Shown in pieces: positions 8,585-20,097 of a stretch of DNA of 60,631 nucleotides. The stretch covers positions 1-60,631 of the forward strand of contig JAADES010000024.1 of assembly GCA_013153315.1 (NCBI GenBank). The letters are read 5' to 3'. The DNA is from Aquificota bacterium. GTDB taxonomy: Bacteria; Aquificota; Aquificia; Aquificales; QOAS01. The translations under genes and the position numbers were made by a program. Every line of letters begins with the position of its first letter. The stretch's first letter is position 1. Below the pieces are notes generated by a model. It ran no database searches. It worked only from the letters and a program-made list of their open reading frames with translations, and was not told the DNA's origin.

Positions 8585-10156
8585 TCAGTCGGTGGGTTTT
8601 CCCCAACCGCCCCCTCCGGGTGTTTCTATTCTTATAGTGTCTCCCTTTTTAAGTCTTCCTTGAAACTTACCTCCCACCGCTTGGCCGTTTATTAAGTTTC
8701 TTCCGACCTGGCCGGGTTTTCCTCCAAAAAGTCCGTAGGGAGGTATTCTGCGGCGTTCGGTCAGCAGGGTTACCTCGGCATGGGTCAAAAGTTGGATTTC
8801 CCTAACCAATCCGTCGCCGCCGCGGTGGATACCTTCGCCGCCGCTACCTCGGCGAATGGAATACTCCTTAACCATCATCGGATAGGCAAACTCTAAAGCC
8901 TCCACCGGTGTGTTTAAGGTGTTGGTCATGTGCGAGTGGATGGCACTTTCGCCGTCGCCGCCCGACCAAGCCCCCATTCCGCCGCCCAAAGTTTCGTAGT
9001 AGCTGAAAGCCTCGCCCGTTTGGGGGTTTATTCCGCCTATAGCGAGGTTATTCATGGTTCCCTGACCGGCGGCGGGTATTATTTCGGGGAGTGCCTTTGA
9101 AAGGGCTCCCAATATAACATCAACAATCCTTTGGGAGGTTTCCACATTTCCGGCGGCCACCGCGGCGGGAAATTTTGCATCGACAATCGTTCCCTTTTTG
9201 GTTATTACTTTTATAGCCCTTCCTATACCGGCGTTGGTGGGAATTTCCTCTTTCCCCAATAGGGAACGGAGCACATACAGAACCGCCGATTGGGTAATAG
9301 CTTCCACCGCATTGAAGGGGCCCAAGGTTTGGGGGTCGCTATCGGAAAAATCGAAGGTCATAGAAGAACCTTCCACGGTTATCTTTACCTTTATCTTTAT
9401 ATCGGTGTTGGAAAAACCGTCGTCCTCCAAGAGGTCGGTATATTCGTAAACTCCGTCGGGAATGGTTTCTATAAATTTCCTTGTTAGGGTTTCGGTGTAA
9501 TCCAACAGTGCCGATGTGTATTTTAAAACTTCCTCTTTACCGTAGTTGGAAAGCAATTCTTTCAACCTTTTTATACCTACGTTGTTGGCCCATATTTGGG
9601 CGGCAAAATCGCCCTCCCTTTCGTAGGGGTTTCGAACGTTGTTCAGGAAAAAAGACAATAGTTCTTTGTCCGTTTTTCCGCCTTTTACCAACTTAACGGG
9701 CGGAATTATTATTCCCTCCTGAAATATTGAGGTGGATAGGGGCATCGAGCCTGCGGTCATTCCCCCCACATCGGCGTGGTGGGCGCGGTTGGCCACAAAA
9801 AATAAAAGCTCACCTTCATAGAATACGGGCGAAACCATTGTTATGTCGGGCAGGTGGGTTCCCCCCTTAAAGGGGTCGTTCAGTATAACCACGTCGCCCT
9901 CTTGAAAATCGTCGCCGTAAGTTTCTATGGCACTTTTAACCGAAAGGGGCATCGAACCCAAATGAACAGGTATATGGGCCGCTTGGGCTATTAAATTTCC
10001 CTCACGGTCGAAAATTGCACAGGAAAAATCCCTACGCTCCTTTATGTTGGGGGAAAAGGCCGTCCTTTGAAGGACAACCCCCATTTCTTCCGCTATATGG
10101 GAAAATCGATTGTTAAATACCTCCAAAAGAATAGGCGATATCTTTTTATCCATCAA
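8585..10156 (-). CDS. hydantoinase B/oxoprolinase family protein
   Basis: The 523-aa ORF shows a HyuB-type N-terminus (DPILLEVFNNRF-like, AFSPNIKERRDFSCAIFD) and Gly-rich C-terminal segments. Confidence 0.8.
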   Translation of the reverse strand: MMDKKISPILLEVFNNRFSHIAEEMGVVLQRTAFSPNIKERRDFSCAIFDREGNLIAQAAHIPVHLGSMPLSVKSAIETYGDDFQEGDVVILNDPFKGGTHLPDITMVSPVFYEGELLFFVANRAHHADVGGMTAGSMPLSTSIFQEGIIIPPVKLVKGGKTDKELLSFFLNNVRNPYEREGDFAAQIWANNVGIKRLKELLSNYGKEEVLKYTSALLDYTETLTRKFIETIPDGVYEYTDLLEDDGFSNTDIKIKVKITVEGSSMTFDFSDSDPQTLGPFNAVEAITQSAVLYVLRSLLGKEEIPTNAGIGRAIKVITKKGTIVDAKFPAAVAAGNVETSQRIVDVILGALSKALPEIIPAAGQGTMNNLAIGGINPQTGEAFSYYETLGGGMGAWSGGDGESAIHSHMTNTLNTPVEALEFAYPMMVKEYSIRRGSGGEGIHRGGDGLVREIQLLTHAEVTLLTERRRIPPYGLFGGKPGQVGRNLINGQAVGGKFQGRLKKGDTIRIETPGGGGWGKPTD

Positions 10157-12835
10157 ATGTTTAAGGTTAAAAGTTTTCTTTCCCTAAGGAGGTTGGCCAT
10201 AAATAAAAACCTTCCCAAATTGGAAAGAATTTTTCTTACCCTTTTTTTGGTTTTTTCTTTACCAATCCAAGCGTTGGAACTTAAATATAACTACCGCCCC
10301 GGGGAAAATAACCTTCAAACTATTAAAAACCCCGATGAGTTAGAAAGTGTAATCCAACATTTGGAGGCGGTGGAAAGTTTTAAAAGAACCAAAACGGGTT
10401 TTTACATAAATCTGAAACCTATTTTGTTGGAGCTTCAGCTTAAACACCTTTCGCCGATAGTGGCCTTTCAATTAAAAAGGAGGTTGGGGCTTGAGCCGCT
10501 ATTTAGGTATTCGGAAAAAACGCTTTTCGATGTGGGCAATGTTATTACCTTTTTCTTGAAAAACCAAGGCTATTTGGATACCTCCACCACCGTTAGGCTC
10601 TTTATATCCAAAGAGGGCTTTGCCAAGGTTAAGGTGGATGTGGACACGGGGCCTATTTTTCTCTACGGGGGATTTGAGTTTATTAACGCCTGTTTTAAAC
10701 CTTCGGAGTTTTACAGAAAATTTAATAAGCCCTTTGGGATACCCTTTAGCTACTTGCTGGCCTACGAGGGTTTGGATAAGGCCTTTGAGCTATGTCGAAA
10801 AAAGGGCTACCTCTATTCGGTGGTCTATTTAGAAGAACCCTTCGATGTTAAAAGGGAAAGCATCTATTCCTTTTTCTGGAAGAATTTAAAAACCCAACCG
10901 GGATTGGTCATAAATTTCCTCTCCTACTACACCGACCTTCTTTTGACCAACCCCATAGAGGCTATTAAATTTATCTACCGCCCTCAGTATGCGGTTTATC
11001 CGAAGTTGGTTTTCCTAAGGAAGGAAAGTCAAAAAATTACCTACACGATTGGAGGGATAGAAAACCACTTTAAAAAACAGATAGAGGAGCTTATAAAGAA
11101 AAACCCACGATTGGTTTACAACCTTGCCCGACTGAAGGAGGAAATAAAAAAACTTTTAGCCGATGAAGGTTATTTCGATGCCAAAGTCTTCCTAAAGTTG
11201 GAGAAAAACAACCTCCTTATTGAGGTTTCCCGAGGAGAACGCTACCGTTTAGTTTTGGAAATAGTCCCAAAGTTGAAAGGTCTCCCGAAGGTGGAGCTTA
11301 AATATTACTCCGCCCAAAAGGTGGAAGAATACCTAAAAAACCTCCAACGGTGGTTAATAGCCCACAGCTACCTTTTTGCCGAAATAAAAAACCAACAAAA
11401 ATTGGAACCTAAAACAAAAACCGTCCACCTTAAGGTGGAAATTAAAAATGCCCGAACTTACCATATAGAGGTTATAAAAAAGATTGAAGTTCCCGATAAG
11501 GGACTGAAGAAAAATATTTTGCAGATACTTTCCAAGGTAAGAACAAAGGAGATAATAACCAACCCCCAAAAGAAAAAAGAATTGGAACAACACCTGGAAA
11601 CTTTTTTAAAAGCCGCCCAATGTGAAAGTCCGACCGTTTCCGTTAAGGTGGAAAAAGAGAAGACCACCGCGAAGGTTGTTTATAAAATTTCCTGCCCTAA
11701 AAGGAGGAAGATAGGAAAACTCCTTTATTGGATAGAGGGAAAACTTCCCAAAAGGGAGCTGGATTATATAATGCCCTTTTCGGTAGAAGGAAAAACTTTT
11801 TCCCAAAAGTGGATTGAACTGGTTAGGGAAAAACTTTTAAAGGAAAACCTCTTCTATAACTTCACCGTAAAACCTATTAAAGTCAAAAAGGATAAAGTTG
11901 ACCTCTTGGTGGAAGGAAACCAGAGACGGCCTTTTTCCCTAAGCGGGGCGGTAGGTTTTTCCACCGACGAGGGGCTATTTCTACAAACCCGTTTCCAAAT
12001 AATAAACCTTTTAAATACGGGAGAAATCTTTTCCTTGGACTATTCCCTATCGGGTAGGCGAAATACCTACAACTTAGGTTATTTTGACAATCATCTTTTT
12101 TCCAAAACCCTCTTTGGGGGTGCAAACCTTTTTAAAAGCTACGAGGAGCATACCCAATACGATATAACCTCCAAAGGGTATTCTCTAATATTGGGTTTCC
12201 ATCGCGGGTTTTACAGCGATTTTTCCCTTACCTTGGTAAGTTCCGAAAACAACTATACCTTCGACGGGACAGAAAATAATCTAACCCTCGGGAAGGTAAT
12301 ATTCGACTACACCTACAGGAAACCGATTTTTGAAGGGGAACTGAAGAGGGGAGCGGTATTTAACAATATCCGACTTACCCGAGGTATAAAAGGAAAAAAC
12401 TTCTACAAATGGACATTTACCCACCATATCCACCGACAATGGGAAAGTTTTATAGGAGCTTTGAACCTCTCTTTTGGTCAAGCTTCCAAACATACCCCCG
12501 TCTTTGAAAGGTTCTATTTGGGGGGAATGAAAAACCTAAAAGGTTATTCCTTCGAAAGTGTAGCACCTTACGGCGGTGGAACGGTTTACTGGTATTTCAA
12601 CCTAGAGGGGGGTTTTAAAGTTTATAAAAGCTTTTACCTCTTCCCCGGTTTCGATATTGGAAACTGTGCCCTTAGTTGGAAAGAGAGCTTTAAACAACCT
12701 AAAAAGGACATTTATGTAGGCTTGGGAACCCTTACGGGGGTCGGGCCTATAAGGTTTACAGTGGCCGTTCCTTTAAAAAACCGTATCCAACTGCAGGATA
12801 TTAAATATTTCCTCTATATAGGGTTCGGTTTTTAA
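10157..12835 (+). CDS. Omp85/BamA-like outer membrane protein assembly factor
   Basis: About 892 aa from the ATG at 10157; the longer ORF from 10067 overlaps hyuB. It has a signal-like N-terminus, a long POTRA-like region, a C-terminal beta-barrel with a FYLGG segment, and terminal IGFGF. Confidence 0.6.
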   Translation: MFKVKSFLSLRRLAINKNLPKLERIFLTLFLVFSLPIQALELKYNYRPGENNLQTIKNPDELESVIQHLEAVESFKRTKTGFYINLKPILLELQLKHLSPIVAFQLKRRLGLEPLFRYSEKTLFDVGNVITFFLKNQGYLDTSTTVRLFISKEGFAKVKVDVDTGPIFLYGGFEFINACFKPSEFYRKFNKPFGIPFSYLLAYEGLDKAFELCRKKGYLYSVVYLEEPFDVKRESIYSFFWKNLKTQPGLVINFLSYYTDLLLTNPIEAIKFIYRPQYAVYPKLVFLRKESQKITYTIGGIENHFKKQIEELIKKNPRLVYNLARLKEEIKKLLADEGYFDAKVFLKLEKNNLLIEVSRGERYRLVLEIVPKLKGLPKVELKYYSAQKVEEYLKNLQRWLIAHSYLFAEIKNQQKLEPKTKTVHLKVEIKNARTYHIEVIKKIEVPDKGLKKNILQILSKVRTKEIITNPQKKKELEQHLETFLKAAQCESPTVSVKVEKEKTTAKVVYKISCPKRRKIGKLLYWIEGKLPKRELDYIMPFSVEGKTFSQKWIELVREKLLKENLFYNFTVKPIKVKKDKVDLLVEGNQRRPFSLSGAVGFSTDEGLFLQTRFQIINLLNTGEIFSLDYSLSGRRNTYNLGYFDNHLFSKTLFGGANLFKSYEEHTQYDITSKGYSLILGFHRGFYSDFSLTLVSSENNYTFDGTENNLTLGKVIFDYTYRKPIFEGELKRGAVFNNIRLTRGIKGKNFYKWTFTHHIHRQWESFIGALNLSFGQASKHTPVFERFYLGGMKNLKGYSFESVAPYGGGTVYWYFNLEGGFKVYKSFYLFPGFDIGNCALSWKESFKQPKKDIYVGLGTLTGVGPIRFTVAVPLKNRIQLQDIKYFLYIGFGF

Positions 12836-12875
12836 ATTCCCTTTTTTGGAAAATTAAAAGCCTTGGAAAAAACCC

Positions 12876-14516
12876 ATGTCGGTCTTTGAAGAAATCCGCC
12901 GCCGTTTGGACATAGTGGAAGTAATTTCGGAGTATCTACCTCTAAAAAGGGTGGGCAGCAATTATGCCACCAACTGCCCCTTTCATCCCGACAAAACCCC
13001 TTCCTTTTACGTTTCGCCCTCCCGCCAAATATGGAAATGTTTCGGTTGCGGTAAAGGGGGCGATGTTATAGCCTTTGTGGCCGAATATGAAAATCTTAGC
13101 TATGCCGAGGCCGCCCGCCTGCTGGCCGAGCGGTATAACCTCAATTTAGATTTTGGCAAACAAGACCAAGAGGAGAAAAACAAATACCTTTCGGCCCTAA
13201 AGAGGATTTCCAAATTTTACGAAGAACATTTAAGGGAAGTTAAAGAGGCTAAACACTACCTTTTAAAGGAAAGAAAACTATCGGCCCAAACGGTGGTAGA
13301 TTTCAACATCGGCTTTGCGGGGGACGGTTTTAAATCGGTGGCCTTCGCACGGAAAGAAGATATTTTCCAACCCCTTTTGGAGCTAAAACATTTTTACCAA
13401 ACCGCCGAAGGTAGATATAAAGATTTTTTCTACGAAAGGATAACTATTCCGATACGCAACAGCCAAGGAAAAATAGTCGCCTTTGGCGGAAGGGCTATAA
13501 AAGATAGCCTAACGCCAAAATATAAAAACTCGCCTAATAGTATTGTTTTCCAAAAAGAAAAAACACTTTTTGCCATCGACCGAGCAAGAAAGGCGGCTCG
13601 GGAGAAAGAAAGGTTAATACTGGTGGAGGGATATTTTGACGTTATAAGGCTCCACTCGGTAGGTTTTAGGGAAACGGTCGCACCTTTGGGAACATCGCTA
13701 ACTTTGCACCAAGCGAGGTTAATAGCCCGAACAACCTCCAACGTTTACCTTCTTTTTGACGGCGATACAGCGGGACGGAAGGCCGCCATAGCCGCCGCAA
13801 AGAACCTTTTGAGGTTTTCGCTGAATGTTTATGTAGCCTTTTTACCCGCGGGTGCCGACCCCGACACCTATGTCCTCCAAGAGGGAATAAAGGGTTTAAA
13901 AAGTCTCCTTTCGGAGGCTAGACTTATTCAAGATTTCCTTATAGAGAAGGTTCAAGAGGCCGACCTCCAAGGGAAGGAAAAATTAGCCCACCTTTATAAG
14001 GAATTGGTCGATAACATTCCCGAACCCATAAAAAGGGAACTTTGGTATAAAGAATTTCGCAATAGGACAGGTTTAACTTTAACCAAAAAGGGAAAGGTCT
14101 ATTTTGGAGGCCAACCTTCGGCGGTTGAAAAGGAGCTAGACCCTTCGGAGGTGGAATTTCTTTTGGGACTATTCCATTTAGGGGAAAAGGTAAATTTGGA
14201 AGAATACAAACTTTCCCCCAAAGCTAAACAATTGGCCGAAATAATCCTCTCCGAAGATGGAAAAGAAAAAGTTCCCCGCTGGCTTTTGGAGGCCGATACC
14301 ACCGATTTAAAAAGACGCTTTGAGCTGGCTAAGGTAAAACTTTCGATAGAAAAAAACCTAATGGAGGAAACCTTTAAAACCCTCTACCAATTGGAGAAAA
14401 AAATAAAAGAGGGACAAGCCACCCGCCAAGAGGTGGAAGATTTTTGCCGTCTGTTGGGGAGTGTAAATAAAAAGCTCTACCAACTTTATAAGAGGAAAAT
14501 TGAAAGTTCCCACTAA
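12876..14516 (+). CDS. dnaG: DNA primase
   Basis: The 546-aa ORF has a CHC2 zinc finger (CPFHPDKTPSF..CFGCGKGGD) and the Toprim segments EGYFDV and LLFDGDTAG. Confidence 0.9.
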   Translation: MSVFEEIRRRLDIVEVISEYLPLKRVGSNYATNCPFHPDKTPSFYVSPSRQIWKCFGCGKGGDVIAFVAEYENLSYAEAARLLAERYNLNLDFGKQDQEEKNKYLSALKRISKFYEEHLREVKEAKHYLLKERKLSAQTVVDFNIGFAGDGFKSVAFARKEDIFQPLLELKHFYQTAEGRYKDFFYERITIPIRNSQGKIVAFGGRAIKDSLTPKYKNSPNSIVFQKEKTLFAIDRARKAAREKERLILVEGYFDVIRLHSVGFRETVAPLGTSLTLHQARLIARTTSNVYLLFDGDTAGRKAAIAAAKNLLRFSLNVYVAFLPAGADPDTYVLQEGIKGLKSLLSEARLIQDFLIEKVQEADLQGKEKLAHLYKELVDNIPEPIKRELWYKEFRNRTGLTLTKKGKVYFGGQPSAVEKELDPSEVEFLLGLFHLGEKVNLEEYKLSPKAKQLAEIILSEDGKEKVPRWLLEADTTDLKRRFELAKVKLSIEKNLMEETFKTLYQLEKKIKEGQATRQEVEDFCRLLGSVNKKLYQLYKRKIESSH

Positions 14517-14591
14517 GAGTGTTTCAATATTCTTTTCTCTTCTGGCTTCTTTGCCTTCCCTTTGTGTTAGAGAAAACTTTATAACCCTTAG

Positions 14592-16790
14592 ATGGAAAAA
14601 GAGGTTGTTGCCCACCTTAAGGTGGTTTTTCCCAACGGAAGGAGTGCCCTCTATAGGTTGGAGGAAGAAATAAATTTCAACCCCGTTGGGTATAGGGTTT
14701 TAGTCCCCCTTCCTTCCAGCGGTAAGGGTGCCACCGCCATAGTGGTTAAAAGCCTGCTTATGCCTTTTGACGCATCCCTTCCCATGGTGGATAGCTTTCC
14801 CGACAGCCACCCCGTTATAAACCCTTTGGCGGTTGAGCTTTTAAAAAACCACCTTTTGGAGCATCTTACCACCCTCGGGGAGGCTCTATTTAAGCTTATC
14901 CCTTCCGAGTTGGATTGGTATCAGGAAACCTTTGTGGTGGCCACAGACAAAAACCCCGTCGGTTTACCCCCCTCTCTGAAGGAAGTTTTTGAACTTCTAC
15001 GGAAAAAGGGAAAAATGGAATTGGAAAAACTTACCAAAAAGGTAGATAAAAAACTTATCCAACTTTTGAAGGAAAAACATTTAATAAAAATCGAGACCCG
15101 TTGGGTGGCCCCCAAATTTGAAGAATACCGCTATAGGTTGGTTTTAAAACCTTCCCTTGCGTGGGAAAAACTAAAAAAAATTCGTTCCCAAAAGAGGTTG
15201 GAAGAAATAAAAAAACTGTTTGAGTTGTTGGAAACCTTTATAGAAGTTTCCCAAGATGAAATAAAGGTAGCCGGCGTTAGCTCGGCTACCTTGCGACTGT
15301 TGGAGAAAAAGGGAATTATTGAAAAGGTGGTTTATACCGTTGCCGATATAAAGCCTTCGGCTATTTTTAGGCAGGGTGTCCTAAAAGCCCAAGACCCCCC
15401 CCAAAGGGGGCTTTTTGAAAATTTAAAGACCAACCAAAGGTTGGAAAAAGCCCTAAGTTTCTCCGAGTGGGCTTTAAAAAACTCTAAAGATGTTTTGATA
15501 GTTGTTCCCACCTTGGAGCTTTTAAAGGTTTACCACCACAGGTTTATGGAAATATTCGGCGACCGTGTGGTGGTTTTTAACGATAACCTACCCACCAAAG
15601 AAAGGTTAAAAAATTGGTTTTACACCGCCAACAAAGGTTTTCCTAAAATTTTTTTGACCACCCCCAAATGGATATTTGCCCCAATATCCAACTTGGGGTT
15701 AATAATTGCCGATGACGAAAGTTCGCCCTTCTACAAGCTCCAACGCCACCCCTACTTTAATATGAAAAAGCTTATTTTTGAGCTTGCCAAATATACCCGT
15801 TCGGCGTTGGTATTATTCTCCCAACCCCCCTCGGTGGAAATCTATTTGAAAAGAAACCTTTTTGAGGTAAAAGAAGCCCAAAACTTTCCCAAGGTAGAAA
15901 TTTATGAAGGGAAAAACCCCCTAAAGGATAACGGTTTTATAAGCCGATTACGTTCCTTGGAAGGGGAAACTTTAGTATTGGTTCCCAAAAAGGGTTATTC
16001 CAACCTCTATTGTTCCCGCTGTCAGGTCTTTATTGAATGTCCCCGTTGCGAGGTATTTTTAACCCTTACCGAAGATAGGCAGATAGCCCAATGTCCTTTG
16101 TGCGGTTATAAAACCAAACCTAAGGAGTGCCCCCATTGCGGTAGTCCCCTCAAAAGGGAAGGTTTCGGGATAGAGCGGGTAAAGGAGGTAGTAAGTTTTT
16201 ACCTTCCCGAAGAAAGGGTTTTTTATGGAACTTCGCCCAACCTTTTTTGGGATAGAGAATTTGACAATGTATTAATACTATTTGCCGACACTTTGCTTTC
16301 CAGCCCCGATTTCCGCCGAAGGGAAGAGTTTTTGGATTACCTTACAAAGGCGGCCTTACTTTTAAAAAACCCCTCCGAAGGTTTATTTTTTGTCCACTCC
16401 AACCATATGGAGGAGGACATAATAAAGGCCCTCCAAGGGGACAAATCGGAATTCTATAAAAATGAGCTCCAGATGAGGGAATTATTACAACTTCCCCCCT
16501 TCTCGTGGCTCTACTTGGTGGCAATTAACCTAAAAGAAGATAAAGAAGATTTGGCAAAAGAGATTTACAGGGAAATTAAAACGGCCCTCTTACCTTACAA
16601 GGAAATAGAGGTTTTATATTCCAAAGCCCCCATATTTAAATTGAGGGAAAAATACCGCTATCAGGTTTTGGTAAAAATTCCCGCAAAGGTGGATAGGGAG
16701 GTTTTTAAAAAAGCCGTAAAAGTTTTAAAGGAAATAAGAAACCGATATAAGTATGTAAGGGTTATTCCCAACCCGCGTAGTTTTCTTTAA
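14592..16790 (+). CDS. priA: primosomal protein N' (PriA) homologue with degenerate helicase motifs
   Basis: The 732-aa ORF has PriA architecture, including the Cys-rich zinc module CSRCQ..CPRCE..CPLCG..CPHCG. The Walker A position reads ENLKTNQR and the DEEHD position reads ADDES. Confidence 0.75.
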   Translation: MEKEVVAHLKVVFPNGRSALYRLEEEINFNPVGYRVLVPLPSSGKGATAIVVKSLLMPFDASLPMVDSFPDSHPVINPLAVELLKNHLLEHLTTLGEALFKLIPSELDWYQETFVVATDKNPVGLPPSLKEVFELLRKKGKMELEKLTKKVDKKLIQLLKEKHLIKIETRWVAPKFEEYRYRLVLKPSLAWEKLKKIRSQKRLEEIKKLFELLETFIEVSQDEIKVAGVSSATLRLLEKKGIIEKVVYTVADIKPSAIFRQGVLKAQDPPQRGLFENLKTNQRLEKALSFSEWALKNSKDVLIVVPTLELLKVYHHRFMEIFGDRVVVFNDNLPTKERLKNWFYTANKGFPKIFLTTPKWIFAPISNLGLIIADDESSPFYKLQRHPYFNMKKLIFELAKYTRSALVLFSQPPSVEIYLKRNLFEVKEAQNFPKVEIYEGKNPLKDNGFISRLRSLEGETLVLVPKKGYSNLYCSRCQVFIECPRCEVFLTLTEDRQIAQCPLCGYKTKPKECPHCGSPLKREGFGIERVKEVVSFYLPEERVFYGTSPNLFWDREFDNVLILFADTLLSSPDFRRREEFLDYLTKAALLLKNPSEGLFFVHSNHMEEDIIKALQGDKSEFYKNELQMRELLQLPPFSWLYLVAINLKEDKEDLAKEIYREIKTALLPYKEIEVLYSKAPIFKLREKYRYQVLVKIPAKVDREVFKKAVKVLKEIRNRYKYVRVIPNPRSFL

Positions 16791-16818
16791 CCATTAACCC
16801 TCTCCTAACCGTTAACCC
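16786..16818. repeat. left arm of the 33-nt inverted repeat flanking gyrB
   Basis: TTTAACCATTAACCCTCTCCTAACCGTTAACCC. Its reverse complement matches 19354-19386 at 32 of 33 positions. It begins within the priA stop codon. Confidence 0.9.
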
Positions 16819-16835
16819 CTTAAAATGGGGTTAAC
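16811..16835 (+). terminator. hairpin downstream of priA (9-bp stem, no U-tract)
   Basis: GTTAACCCC-TTAAAAT-GGGGTTAAC is a perfect 9-bp stem. It lacks a following T-run, so it is not a canonical intrinsic terminator. Confidence 0.3.
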
Positions 16836-16848
16836 GCTTAACAATAGC

Positions 16849-16870
16849 ACACATGCTTTTAAGCATGTGT
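16849..16870. terminator. hairpin between the convergent priA and gyrB genes
   Basis: ACACATGCTT-TT-AAGCATGTGT has 10-nt complementary arms (effective stem about 8 bp). There is no T-run on either strand. Confidence 0.3.
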
Positions 16871-16892
16871 TAACGCTATAGGGATTAACGCT

Positions 16893-19900
<3,008 letters not shown>

Positions 19901-20097
19901 TTTACTTCCTCCTTAGGGATTTCTTCTGTCAAAAAACCGAAAAAGGTAATTATAGCAATTCTTAACCTTTTAAGCTTTCCTCTTAAAACTCTCCTTTTTA
20001 AGTTGTTTTGATATTCAATCTCTACTTGAAATAATTGAATGTCATTTACACAAAAAGGATTTTTGTTTAATTTATTTTCCGCAGGAGGTAAATAAAA

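Noticed and set aside
10067-10156. N-terminal extensions in the ORF track: the Omp85 gene from 10067, yebC to 24504, tldD to 48799, the SBP from 24609 and DUF190 from 51660
   Set aside because: The extensions overlap neighbouring genes or add sequence before the canonical family N-terminus, for example MAGHSHWAQIKHKK for YebC. Internal ATG starts fit better.
8585-10156. hyuB without an adjacent hyuA, and the family-5 SBP (24615-26366) without permeases, as anomalies
   Set aside because: Split operons for these families are common. Partners may simply be elsewhere in the genome, and nothing in the sequence itself is unusual.
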